From assembly GCF_000143415.4 (NCBI RefSeq), contig NW_003314374.1:331225-395224 (forward strand): DNA of 64,000 nucleotides. Direction: 5' to 3'. Positions 37,895 to 47,858 of the stretch are shown here, piece by piece (the stretch's first letter is position 1; each line of letters opens with the position of its first letter). This DNA is from Selaginella moellendorffii (lineage: Eukaryota > Plantae > Lycopodiophyta). The position numbers and the translations under genes are program-made. The notes below the pieces were generated by a model that saw only the letters and a program-made list of their open reading frames with translations, ran no database searches and was not told where the DNA came from.

Positions 37895-38246
37895 CGTTGA
37901 CGGGATGATCGAAACTCAAGAAAGCTTGGCTTAAAAAACTGTATATATTTAGAGGCTTTTGTTGTGTGTGCCACTCGTATTTTCTGTAAACCCCAGAAAA
38001 AAGTGAGTGGCTCATAGTATATGTATTGTGCTGTATTTTAAATCCCACATTCACTATTTTTATTATCATAAACTTTGCGATGAATACGATTTGATGCATC
38101 GAGGTCTGTAGCTTGCAAGTTTCGTCCAAGCCACTGGAAAAGAAAAGCTAGACGAACAGCATGAGATCACAATGAATATCATCCAAGATTATCCTTGCAA
38201 GCTCTATATGATGTTGTGATCCAAACCAAGAACATGCATGCTAAGT

Positions 38247-39314
38247 TTACATAAACTGGATGAAAGCAGGAGCTTGTACACCAGCCAAGCTAAAAACCAC
38301 GCTCAGCCTTCCCGTTTCTACGTTCCTGGAAAGAACGTTTACCTTGTTCGAGTTTTGAAGCCCAACCACGACCATCTCCCCGGACGAATCAAGGGCAAAA
38401 TGGCGAGGAAACGAACCACCGACTCGATCCAGCCCCAGCCAGGTAAGGCCACCATCACCCTCAGCGTCTACTCCAAACACCGCGATGGTATCCTCGTCGT
38501 TACCACGGTTGGACGCATACAAATACCTCCCGTCTGGCGAAAGAGCCACTTCCGCCGCTAGGCACGCGCTCTTGTTCGCTACGCTATCATCCAGAGTGGA
38601 CCAGCTCTGGATCAAACGCAGTGCTCCATTCCCCGGATCATAAGAGAGCTGGCTCACGGTGTTTGCGAGCTCGTTGAGCACGTATGCGAATCGCTCGTCG
38701 CGGGAGAAGATCATATGCCGAGGACCCGAGCCAGGCTCGAGTGAAACCTCCGGAGTCGCGGCCTCGTCGAGCTCCCCAGTCGAGACGTTGAGAACTCGGA
38801 CGTGGATCTCATCGGTGCCGAGATCACAAACGAAGACAAACTTTCCCGAGGAGTCCGTGATGATCTGGTGGGGATGAGGACAGTCTTGCCGGGGATTGTT
38901 CCTCGGCTCCGTGAGGCCTGGAACCTTGATCAGCGAAACCGGCTGCTGGTGATGACCCAAGAGCACACCATCGGAGCCATGGTTGACCTGGAGAACGCCA
39001 TAGCTGCCACCCCTGTAGTTCGCAAACAAGATCCACTTACCGCTGGGGTGGACGATGATCGCAGCCGGGACCGAGCCACAAGGGATGGGGTGGCCGAGAC
39101 GAGAGAGGTGTGGAGAGAAGGAGAATGCCTCGACAGCGCCACTCTCCACTTCGTTGACAGCGTAGATAACGTTGCCCAAGTGGGGATGCCTGGCCAGAAA
39201 AGTGGGATTGGTACCTGATGGAAACGAGGCGATAGAGTGGAGCTGATGTTTCTCCAGCGCTAAGAGGTGGATTTCGTCGCTATAGCCGCCGACCAACAAG
39301 AGCTGCTTCGCCAT
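38247..39314 (-). CDS. Beta-propeller lactonase, bacterial/fungal-type 6-phosphogluconolactonase (Pgl/YbhE, cycloisomerase-2 family)
   Basis: ANY.GGS, HPHQ, DLGTD, GSGPRH, YVLNEL, SPDGRYLYASNRG and FPRHF motifs. The CDS has no introns; ATG at 39314. Confidence 0.9.
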   Translation of the reverse strand: MAKQLLLVGGYSDEIHLLALEKHQLHSIASFPSGTNPTFLARHPHLGNVIYAVNEVESGAVEAFSFSPHLSRLGHPIPCGSVPAAIIVHPSGKWILFANYRGGSYGVLQVNHGSDGVLLGHHQQPVSLIKVPGLTEPRNNPRQDCPHPHQIITDSSGKFVFVCDLGTDEIHVRVLNVSTGELDEAATPEVSLEPGSGPRHMIFSRDERFAYVLNELANTVSQLSYDPGNGALRLIQSWSTLDDSVANKSACLAAEVALSPDGRYLYASNRGNDEDTIAVFGVDAEGDGGLTWLGLDRVGGSFPRHFALDSSGEMVVVGLQNSNKVNVLSRNVETGRLSVVFSLAGVQAPAFIQFM

Positions 39315-39379
39315 CTTCTGTGAAAAAGAAAGGTAGAGAGTGGCAAATGCTCTCCCCAATCATAAGCCTACTAGCCCAT

Positions 39380-39451
39380 TGCTCCCAGTGAGGATTGAAC
39401 TCACGACCTCTCGCTTACGAAGCGAGCGCACTACCAGTATGCTATGGAAGC
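39380..39451 (-). tRNA. tRNA-Thr(CGU), copy 1
   Basis: GCTTCCA acceptor stem, anticodon arm CTCGC-TTCGTAA-GCGAG, T arm GTGAG-TTCAATC-CTCAC. The D loop reads ACTGGTA, whereas copy 2 has the canonical AGTGGTA. Confidence 0.92.
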
Positions 39452-40418
39452 CTTACCGATGAAACACCTCAAAACAAGCATATTCTAAACTTAGATATTT
39501 CCAATTTGCTAACGACAATGGTCTTACATTGTTAACTTAGTGTATGTTGTATTTAAGAAAGAAAGTTTATAAATTATACAAAATTAACTTAAATTAGTTA
39601 AAGGTAATCTTAATGATGGAATAGAGTTTAAAAGAAAAAGGAACTCCATGCTTTGCACACATGGCGCGAATGGGCATTTGGAAAAGGCACTGGATATCTG
39701 GCTCATCGCCACGAAATCTCTTTGACAAGAATGACATTGAAAATGCAAACTTCTTCGATTTACAATAGGACTATGAAGACTAAGCACCTCTCTGCCGGCC
39801 GCCTTCAAGAAGCATGAGCCTCTTCCAGGAGCCCGACGAGACTTGGTCTCATGGACCAGGCGGAAGAATTCCATAGGATCAGCCTGGAGAGCGCGATGAT
39901 CACATCGTCTTTGCGAGCGTGCTCACAGTTGGTGAAAGTCTCTGGAAAATCTCTCAGTAAGTCTTCTTGTCGATGCGTTGACAAGGCCGAGGAGCTCATC
40001 CACTCTCGCTGCTGGCTGCTTGCCAGAGACCTGCCAAGAGACTCTCGGCGCTGGGATTCTTTCGAATTTCTAGACGCTCAGCAAAGTAAATACAAATATA
40101 TGATTGCTGTTATTGCACCAAACATGCAATTGGAAAGAGAACTAGATGGACAAAGCCAAAGAAGAAGAAGATCAATAAGTCTTGATGTTCTGTAGTGCCA
40201 AAAACATAAAATGAAACACTTAGATATTAGGAATGCGATAGATAGCAGAAGAGATCCTGGGCCAAGATGCTGAGAACACAACTTGAAAGAAGCATGAAGG
40301 CACTGGACACGATGGAACAAAAAACAAACAAGGGCGAGATAAATTTTTGAGAAGATAGGAAACATAAAATGCTAAAAGTTACCTGTGGAGAATGGAAGAG
40401 CTTCCTGCCCAGTGTCCT

Positions 40419-40630
40419 TCATAAGATACGTGATCTGCATGTGGACTTTTGAAAAGAATGTTGACGAAATGTTTTTGACGAATGCCGACGAAAAGCTGGC
40501 AAAGTTTTGGATTCTCCGGCAGCTCCTTTCCGGGAATAAATCTGCTGGTCTATCCCCGACGACTGTAAGAAAGCGCTTCCAAGAGCTTGAATTGTGTCCT
40601 GAAACTCGTCCACTATAAGAAGCCGTCATT
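40419..40630 (-). pseudogene. UvrD/SRS2-type SF1 helicase fragment
   Basis: LLIVDEFQDT (motif II), then LTVVGD and QQIYSRKGA (motif III) split across reading frames. Confidence 0.65.
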
Positions 40631-41219
40631 TAATGGTGGAAGGATTAAAAAAATCCTTCCACCAAACGAAAATGAGTTAGTTTGAAGAAACTGATGGTAA
40701 CTTTGTAAAACCTACAAACCTGATAGATGATGCCCGTAGATGAAGGATGCTCAGTCTCAGGTTTCTGAGTTTGTGGAGATCGTGCATAGTGAATTGTGTA
40801 GGCATGTAGCTTCTGCCGGGGTTGGATACAGGCAAGGATTGTCTAGCAGATCCTGTTGGAGCTCTGACCGCCTGGCAAATATGCCTGGGTTTAATAAGCT
40901 TGAATTATTGTCCTGGGAAATTTCCGTTTCCTCACTTCCACAGCTGGGCAACTGAAATGTTATTCATAAAACCATCCCAACCTTATCAATAGTACACCAG
41001 CTGGAGGCATAGTACCACTAGGATAGCTACATGCACGCTAAATTCATCTTCTTCAGAGGTCCAAGCCATTGTTCTTTTTCTTCTTCTTTCCTCTTTCCTT
41101 GGCTCGTGAACTCCCTCGAGTTCCTACGCATCTCTGCAACAACGGCACTGGTTTGATCAATGCATCCTCTCTCTTTCGGTTTTGATTTTGAAACGTTGCC
41201 TTTGGTGATTTACCAACAG

Positions 41220-41659
41220 AGGAATCTCATACGAAGCTCAAGGGCGAGAACAATTACTTTGCACTGGTAATCTACTACACCGAAGGTTCCTTGACGCTCG
41301 AAGTCAAAAACTCGTGGCTCAACTATGGGAAATGGGTTCGTTCCACGAACGATTTCACGGAGATTAGATCTCCCAATGGTCTCACCATGAAGGCGTGGGG
41401 CGAATACCACATCACTGCCTCTGGCAGGAACTGGTCTCCCACTGGTACCGAGGGCTCTTTTGATATTTACACAAGCGATGGCCAGAAGGTAGTGTATGTC
41501 TACTGGGACGTTTCTTATGGTGGAACGGCGGAATGGAAGAAAACCGCTCATGATAGCCGGTTCAAGGTGACGGCCAGAAGGATTGGAGAATCTCGTCTGG
41601 ATGTGACTATGGTCATCAAATATATTGGCACTGAGGCCACTGAAGAAGCTATTGCTTAA
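41220..41659 (+). CDS. Aegerolysin-family protein (terminal exon; upstream exons inferred)
   Basis: LEVKNSWLNYGKW...ASGRNWSPTGTEGSFDIY...KVVYVYWDVSYGG matches the aegerolysin pattern. The frame stays open back to a CAG acceptor at 41219. Confidence 0.8.
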
Positions 41660-42844
41660 AAGTTTGTGTTTGAGAGTGAGCTTCTACGCTTGTCGTGTGA
41701 ACTGTTTTTATAATGCTAAATAATCAGCAACTAGTTTAAACTATTGAAGGTGCAACTCTCGTGACGAAACTGCCTGGCAAGAACATACAATAGAAACAAA
41801 TAAAAGAAGAAGAAGATCTATAAGTTTGGTGTTCTTTTTTATTCTGCCAGAGGTCAGCTCTCGTCTTCTGTTATCTATCACATTCTTCGTTTGAGAAAAA
41901 TGTAAAATTTCCTGGGCACCCTGCCAAGATCAATCAAAGCACAGATAAATCGAGAACACCGCAAAAAATCAAGAATCACAATTGCAAGTGAGTTGTTCAG
42001 ACTTGTTCGTGTGATTGATGACTGCTCCTGGCCACAAACGTAAGATGCTGCTAACTTTTCTGAAATAAGATAGACCAACAAAAGTAGGTATTTTGCCCTT
42101 GTTCCAGTTCCTATTCATGTTCCTTCATATTGCTATAACATTATTGATTTAATGATCGTAGCATACAGTCCTCTTTGCAAATAAAGTTCTGGCCAAATTT
42201 TTGAGTGATTTTCTGGCTTATAAATTTTCGATAATTGAGGAGGTTGCAGCGTCCAGCCACCAGAGATGATACGTGGATTCTCTCACAACGACTTCGAAGA
42301 AAACCAGCACTGGTGATACAAGAAAATCTGCCCAAAATCAGCTTCACGTATTATACCGCAATCATATGACGAAACAAAGATGTCGCATAGAACAAGAAAG
42401 GTCGTGGTGGGAGGACGTTGAGATCCCCTGTGAGAGGATTCAAGAGAATGAAGCTCTTGCCATTGTGCCCAAAGATCAGTCCACGGGCAAGGTTCTGGCA
42501 GTGGCTTTACCTTATCTTTGTCCGAAGGGTTGCATTTATATGGACTTTGCTCACCAGATTGGTATTTGTGATGGAGAGACTTGAACCATGAGATCTTTCC
42601 ACTGCTTGCAAATAGATTTTACGTGGGTGTGTAGAAACGCTGAGAGGCTTTGTCGAGGAAATTACTTTGCCTTGGATTCATGTGAAAGAAGGCTTCCATT
42701 TGCTGCTACAAGGACACGCTTGTGGTTACATTGGGAGTGCTGGATTACAAGATAAAATCTTAGAGCACCCGTGGAAACCGAAATGCTTCCTCCTAATTGT
42801 CAATGAATATAGCTTTTAATTAAAACGAATGGTTGCTACAATCC

Positions 42845-42916
42845 TGCTCCCAATGAGGATTGAACTCACGACCTCTCGCTTACGAAGCGAGCGCACTACC
42901 ACTATGCTATGGAAGC
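42845..42916 (-). tRNA. tRNA-Thr(CGU), copy 2
   Basis: Same cloverleaf as copy 1 with 2 differences. A TTTT terminator lies about 20 nt downstream. Confidence 0.93.
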
Positions 42917-43047
42917 CTTACATTTGAACACCTTTTAACACAAATTAGGGCTCTTTGCAGCTGAATCTCATTACTGGGCGAGTACACAAGAAGGAAATTC
43001 TTAGAAGAAACCGCGCTGTACATAATAGAGAACTTCCTGGGGGGTTT

Positions 43048-43407
43048 CTAGCCATCGTGCTCCTGCTTCTCCTTGGATGCCTTCTCCAGACGATCAGCGA
43101 TCCAGTGCGCGCGCGCCTTGTCCTTCTTCACGATCCGCTCCCACACCTCTGGCTTGGAGGCGTGTCGCCCGCTCTGGAGCTGGATTGTAAAACCCCCATT
43201 ATTCTCGCTCCCGTCCAATTCCACCTCCTGCTTGCCGTGATCTTCCACTTTCGCGGCCTCCTTGCTGCCGTGGTCTTCCAGTTTCACGGCCTCCTTGCTG
43301 CCGTGATCTTCCAGCTTCGCGGCGTCCTTGCCGTGGTCTTGGGTCGCCGCCTCGGCCATGGCCACCAGCGCAATGCAAGAGAATAGGAGAAGAATCTTTG
43401 ACACCAT
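43048..43407 (-). CDS. Small secreted protein with 10-aa repeats (EDHGSKEAAK/L) and an aspartic-protease-prosegment-like C-terminus
   Basis: Signal peptide MVSKILLLFSCIALVAMAEA, four DHG repeats, then GFTIQL...ERIVKKDKARAHWIADRL. Confidence 0.75.
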   Translation of the reverse strand: MVSKILLLFSCIALVAMAEAATQDHGKDAAKLEDHGSKEAVKLEDHGSKEAAKVEDHGKQEVELDGSENNGGFTIQLQSGRHASKPEVWERIVKKDKARAHWIADRLEKASKEKQEHDG

Positions 43408-43570
43408 CCTGAAATGCCGACATTGGGAGAGATTTCAAGAGCCAGATAAGAGATCTAGAGATCTAGAGAGGAAATTTCGCCTCTTACCTCGAGCAAATCG
43501 ATCTCGCTCGCCTCGCCTTCTCCTTTCGCTTTACCCTAAAATATATTCGAGAGTTTTTAGGGTTTTGGCG

Positions 43571-45518
43571 ATGGCGGGGGCGCTGGCGTGTGTCCAATCC
43601 TCGTGGCGTTGCTGCGTAGCTCGCAATATGGTGCGCGGCCGATCGATCAGCTACAGGAGCTTCCATGATGCGATCCCAGCGATCAAGCAGCAGCCATTTG
43701 TCTACAGGCAAGAGGTCTGTCCGAGCGATCGGTCGCGCGTTTCCCAGGATTAATGGCGGCATTTCTCTTGTTTCTTTCTTTCCAGGTCCATGCGCCAATG
43801 TGCTCGATCCGAGACTTGCCGTGTGATTTTCCCGCTACTTCTTCTTCCCAGCCCCAAGCTCAGAGCTCGTCTACATTGTCCAAAGGACGCATTCTTCTCG
43901 TAGATGGAAGCGCTGTTATTTTTCGCGCCTACTACAAAGTCATGGGTAAGAAAGCTTCGTTCTTTTGCTCTATACGTAATTCTTTTCTCCTTTGGCAGCC
44001 AAGGCTCACCATAACTTGATACCAGAGCTAGAATCTGAGGCCGACTGGGTTTTAACAGTTTTCACAGCCTTCACCACAGTAAGTGCCATGCCACCATTGA
44101 ATCTAACGTGATTTTTCCTTTGTTTCCTAGATACTGGGACTGCTCGACTTAAGCCCGTCTCACTTCGCTGTAAGTTTCTCGTTACACAATTCTGTGAGCT
44201 TACTCGAGTGCTTTAGGTTGTTTTCGATCATAAAGGTGGGTTTGCAGACGAGCAACGATGTAAGACGTGTGTGTGTGCATGTCTTTCGTGGTTTCTAAAT
44301 TAGTTTTTGCCATCGGATGGAAAGTGCTAAAGTCATTTTCACAGGTCTGACTTTTCGGCATACGATGTTTCCCGAGTATAAGAAGAATCGTCCACCGACG
44401 CCAGACACGATTTATCAGGGCCTCGATCATCTTAGACCTGCTCTTGTTGCCATGGGGATCAAAGTGATAGAAGTAAGTGAAATCAGTCTCTTTTTTTTTT
44501 CCTTGCAGTGGTGCAAGCCATATTTGTTTGTTGCAGGTTCCGGGCGTTGAAGCCGACGATGTGATCGCGACACTAGCAGTCTCAGCAGCGACTTCAGAGA
44601 TGAAGGTAAAGATGAAGGTTCTTTCTAGTTGTTCTATTAAACGCTTGATAATCTTGTCTGCTCTCACAGGTACGAATCGTTTCACCCGACAAAGATTTCT
44701 TTCAAATATTATCTCCAGATATCCGACTTCTGAGGTTCGTTCCGAAAGGTGCCGGGTATGTTCTTCAGGTTCAGGTATATCTCCTGCTTGACCGTGTTTT
44801 CTCTGTAACAGGATGGTTTCGTTTGGCATGGAAGAGTTCTCAGCAAGATTTGGAAGCTTGGAACCAGCACAGTTTGTGGATGTACTGTCTCTTATAGGCG
44901 ACACATGTGACAATATACCAGGCAAGTACTACCATACGATTGACTCAAGGCTACGCTCCATAACTTGTAACATTGCAGGTATTCCAGGCATTGGCGAGAA
45001 AACTGCAATAGAGCTTATCACAAAGTTTGGTCAGTGTCTTCACTACTAGCAGCGTGATTTTCTTGCATAGCTGATGGACTCTCTAATTTTTCTCAGGGTC
45101 CGTTGAAAATTTGTTACAGCAAAGAGACAAAGTGACTACGAAGAGGGCTCTCAAGGGGCTTCTGGCTGACAAAGGCGAGGCTTTACTTAGCAAACGCCTG
45201 GTATATAATCCAGTTAAGCATTTCTCTATTGCTTACGTCCTGAGTTCCACAAGCAGGTCGCGCTGAGGGCGGATTTACCATCTTACATGCTACCATTTAC
45301 AATGGATGATTTTATCTGGCGCAAAGTTCACGTAAGTCGTGCTGCGTGTTTTCTCTTTTCCATCTCAGTGTTCATGGAATGCTTGCTTCCGTCAGGATGA
45401 TGGCCAGCGGCTGTTTCAACTTCTTAAAGCAATGAGCTCGTTTGTGGACGGCGAAATTCACGTCGAGCTACAGGACCGAATCTTGGGCTTGTGGAAAAAA
45501 CTGGAAACAAAGCCGTGA
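43571..45518 (+). CDS. OEX1: Organellar 5'-3' exonuclease (DNA Pol I N-terminal/FEN family), multi-exon
   Basis: LLVDGSAVIFRAYYK, VVFDH, FRHTMFPEYKKNRPPTPDTI, VPGVEADDVIATLA, SPDKDFFQ and GDTCDNIPGIPGIGEKTA. GC-AG intron at 44922-44978. Confidence 0.9.
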
Positions 45519-45672
45519 GAGCGTCAGGAACGGGTTTACTGAGCAGGAGGGAGCCAATTTTTTGAAGGGAGGCTCCTCGAGCTAGAAAAAGTAGCACACG
45601 ACCAGGACAAGTGTTCATTGGGCATATTCGTTGGGGCTTTGAGCTGGCGGTGATGGCTATGGTACTTCTCAG

Positions 45673-46376
45673 ATGGCCAAGACAAGGGCTTCGAGGTTGA
45701 TGTTGCGAGGTACAGGTTTTAGCTCCACAGCTCCACTGGGTTGTAGGCTCATAGAATGCGGGAATCCTGGAGCAATGGCTAGCTCCAGGAAATGGAAGAA
45801 CAGGTCCAAGACTTCGAGGAAAAGAAGCGTTTTGGTCTTGGGGGCTGTTACACCGGCTGCTGGAGACGCTGGGTGGGATTACAGCGAGAGTTTGCGTCAA
45901 GGCTTGCAGAATGGCAGTAGTGGTGGAAGCTCGAGGATTTATGCAAAGTGGAAATGGTGGGAAAGGAAAAACGAGAGCGCTCTGGACAAGGACGAAGCAT
46001 TACCGCTTCCGATGACTTATCCCAATTCAGAGCCACTTCCGAAGGAGGAGGTGGAGAAGGCGGCCAACTGCGATCCCGAGATAGAGGTACATCACCCCCC
46101 TGGGAAGAGAAAGAACTTACGCTCGAGTTTGTGGCTTGCAGAATTGTAAGAACGTTGTGTACCAGTGGACGGGCGAGTGTAGACGTTGCCAAGGCACCGG
46201 AGTGGTGAGCTTCTATCGGAAGAATGGAAAGGAGGTGATTGGCAACTGCATCTCTTGTCTAGGAATAGGTGCGCGCCTCCATTTCTTCTTTGCTGCTTAG
46301 CTTACGTGAAAACTTCCTTGCAGGATATGTACACAAGCATACCAGCAGAGACGTGGAGCAAGACGAAATATCTTGA
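45673..46376 (+). CDS. Plastid DnaJE-type (DnaJ cysteine-rich zinc finger) protein
   Basis: LPLPMTYP...CDPEIE|[22 protein letters not shown]...CISCLGI|GYV. Introns at 46087-46141 and 46269-46323. Confidence 0.85.
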
Positions 46377-47141
46377 GGCCGAGTTCCACAAATCTTTTCG
46401 CGAAAATGGTCCGTTTCTCTCCCCCGCATTTTTGTTTCCATTCATTCCTGCGAGCAATAAAGCAGCAGCGGTCCGTTAAAAAGAGAGTTGGATCCAAGGA
46501 AGACGCACAAACAGAAAAACTGTGGCGAGAAAACATACTTAGCTGTCAGCTTCCTTTGCCGTGCCAAGATGTGGCCAAAGCTTCGCCACCCATCATCTTT
46601 GCCATTCCATTCGAGCTTGGATTGGATTTGTCTTTAAGCTCTCGGCCGCGAGGATTCAGTTGGAGGAGCTTGAATGCTTGTCCATTGTTGTGGATATCCA
46701 GCTATGAAACCAACAAAACTCCACCCAACTCGAATCAGAGAAAAAGGAAACAACCAACCAAACCTTTGCTCTTTTTGCTTGCGAGTTGCGACGCCCCGCT
46801 GCGCGACAAGGCTCAAATCTGTGAGCTTGATCCTGCAGCAGCAAGAGGGGGTCAAATTGGATATGCATTCCCCGGCTTTGCTGTTTTTGGTACCTCTCGC
46901 GTTTCTGACTTTTGCGGTATGTGCCCATGATTGGCTGCGGCTGTATACACGCACAAAACTCCCGTAAAACTTGCTGGCTTTCGAGCATGTCTGGCATACT
47001 TGTTTTGTCATCTTTCCTTTTGCGTGTTGAACTTTCTGCAGAGCAACGCTGCAAAATCGGCGGATGTCTGTTAGACAAAATAGCAAAAGAAGAAACTAAT
47101 GTGTGTGACTTGAACCTTTAGTGAATGATCTTCTTTTTGCA

Positions 47142-47181
47142 GTTCGCAAAGTTCGCAAAGTTCGCAAAGTTCGCAAAGTTC
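47142..47181. repeat. 9-bp tandem repeat (GTTCGCAAA) x4.5
   Basis: Directly visible, upstream of the bHLH gene. Confidence 0.9.
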
Positions 47182-47858
47182 TGTGCGAGCTGACCTCACT
47201 GGACTAAAAAAACACCATCTTTTGCTTGGTGTCCACGAAACCAACTTCCATAATCCACAAAATCCGCCTGCAAATGATGAGAGTTAGCAGGAGAAAAAGA
47301 AAGGAAATCTTTGCAAAGTCAAATACCACATCCGTTCGTAGAAGTCGGAGGAAAGGACGATGGTTTCGTACTGAACTGAAGCTCCTTTTTCTTCTTCTTT
47401 CTGCTCGGCTTGTAGTTTCTAGCTCGCTCGCTCGCTCGCTCGGAGTCTCGCGGAGAGTCGTAGGACGTTATGCTAAAGGGACAAAAACCAGCGCAGCTGC
47501 CATAATATCCTCCCATAAATGCAAGCCAAATTGCAGTTTTCGTTGATCTTTCGGAGTAACCCCATTATTTCTCTTCTTGTGCTCACCACCAGGCAGCAAA
47601 TGCTCCGGCTGTCATAGCCCCGTAACTCTTTCCCTGGAACCACCTGTTCTTCCTCGTCTCTCCATTTTTTCCTCTCCTGATGTTGCTGTATTACGTCGGG
47701 CAAGTCTTCTCACTTCTCACAATTCTTCTTCTCGCAATTCTTTCCTTGGTTGGTTCCCAGCAGGAGAACGGAAGAAGGCTTCAGCAGCTCCAACAAGATT
47801 TTCGGCCGTGATATGGTAGCTTCCACCTGGAGTGGAATTCTTGCCGCGGCCAGATAGT

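Noticed and set aside
39380-42916. Prophage or genomic-island attL/attR reading of the tRNA repeats
   Set aside because: No integrase is present, both tRNAs are complete, and the contents have spliceosomal signals. Kept only as a duplication or recombination hypothesis.
46863-46967. 34-aa hydrophobic small ORF or miRNA precursor upstream of the bHLH
   Set aside because: No known peptide motif, recognisable mature miRNA or convincing hairpin.
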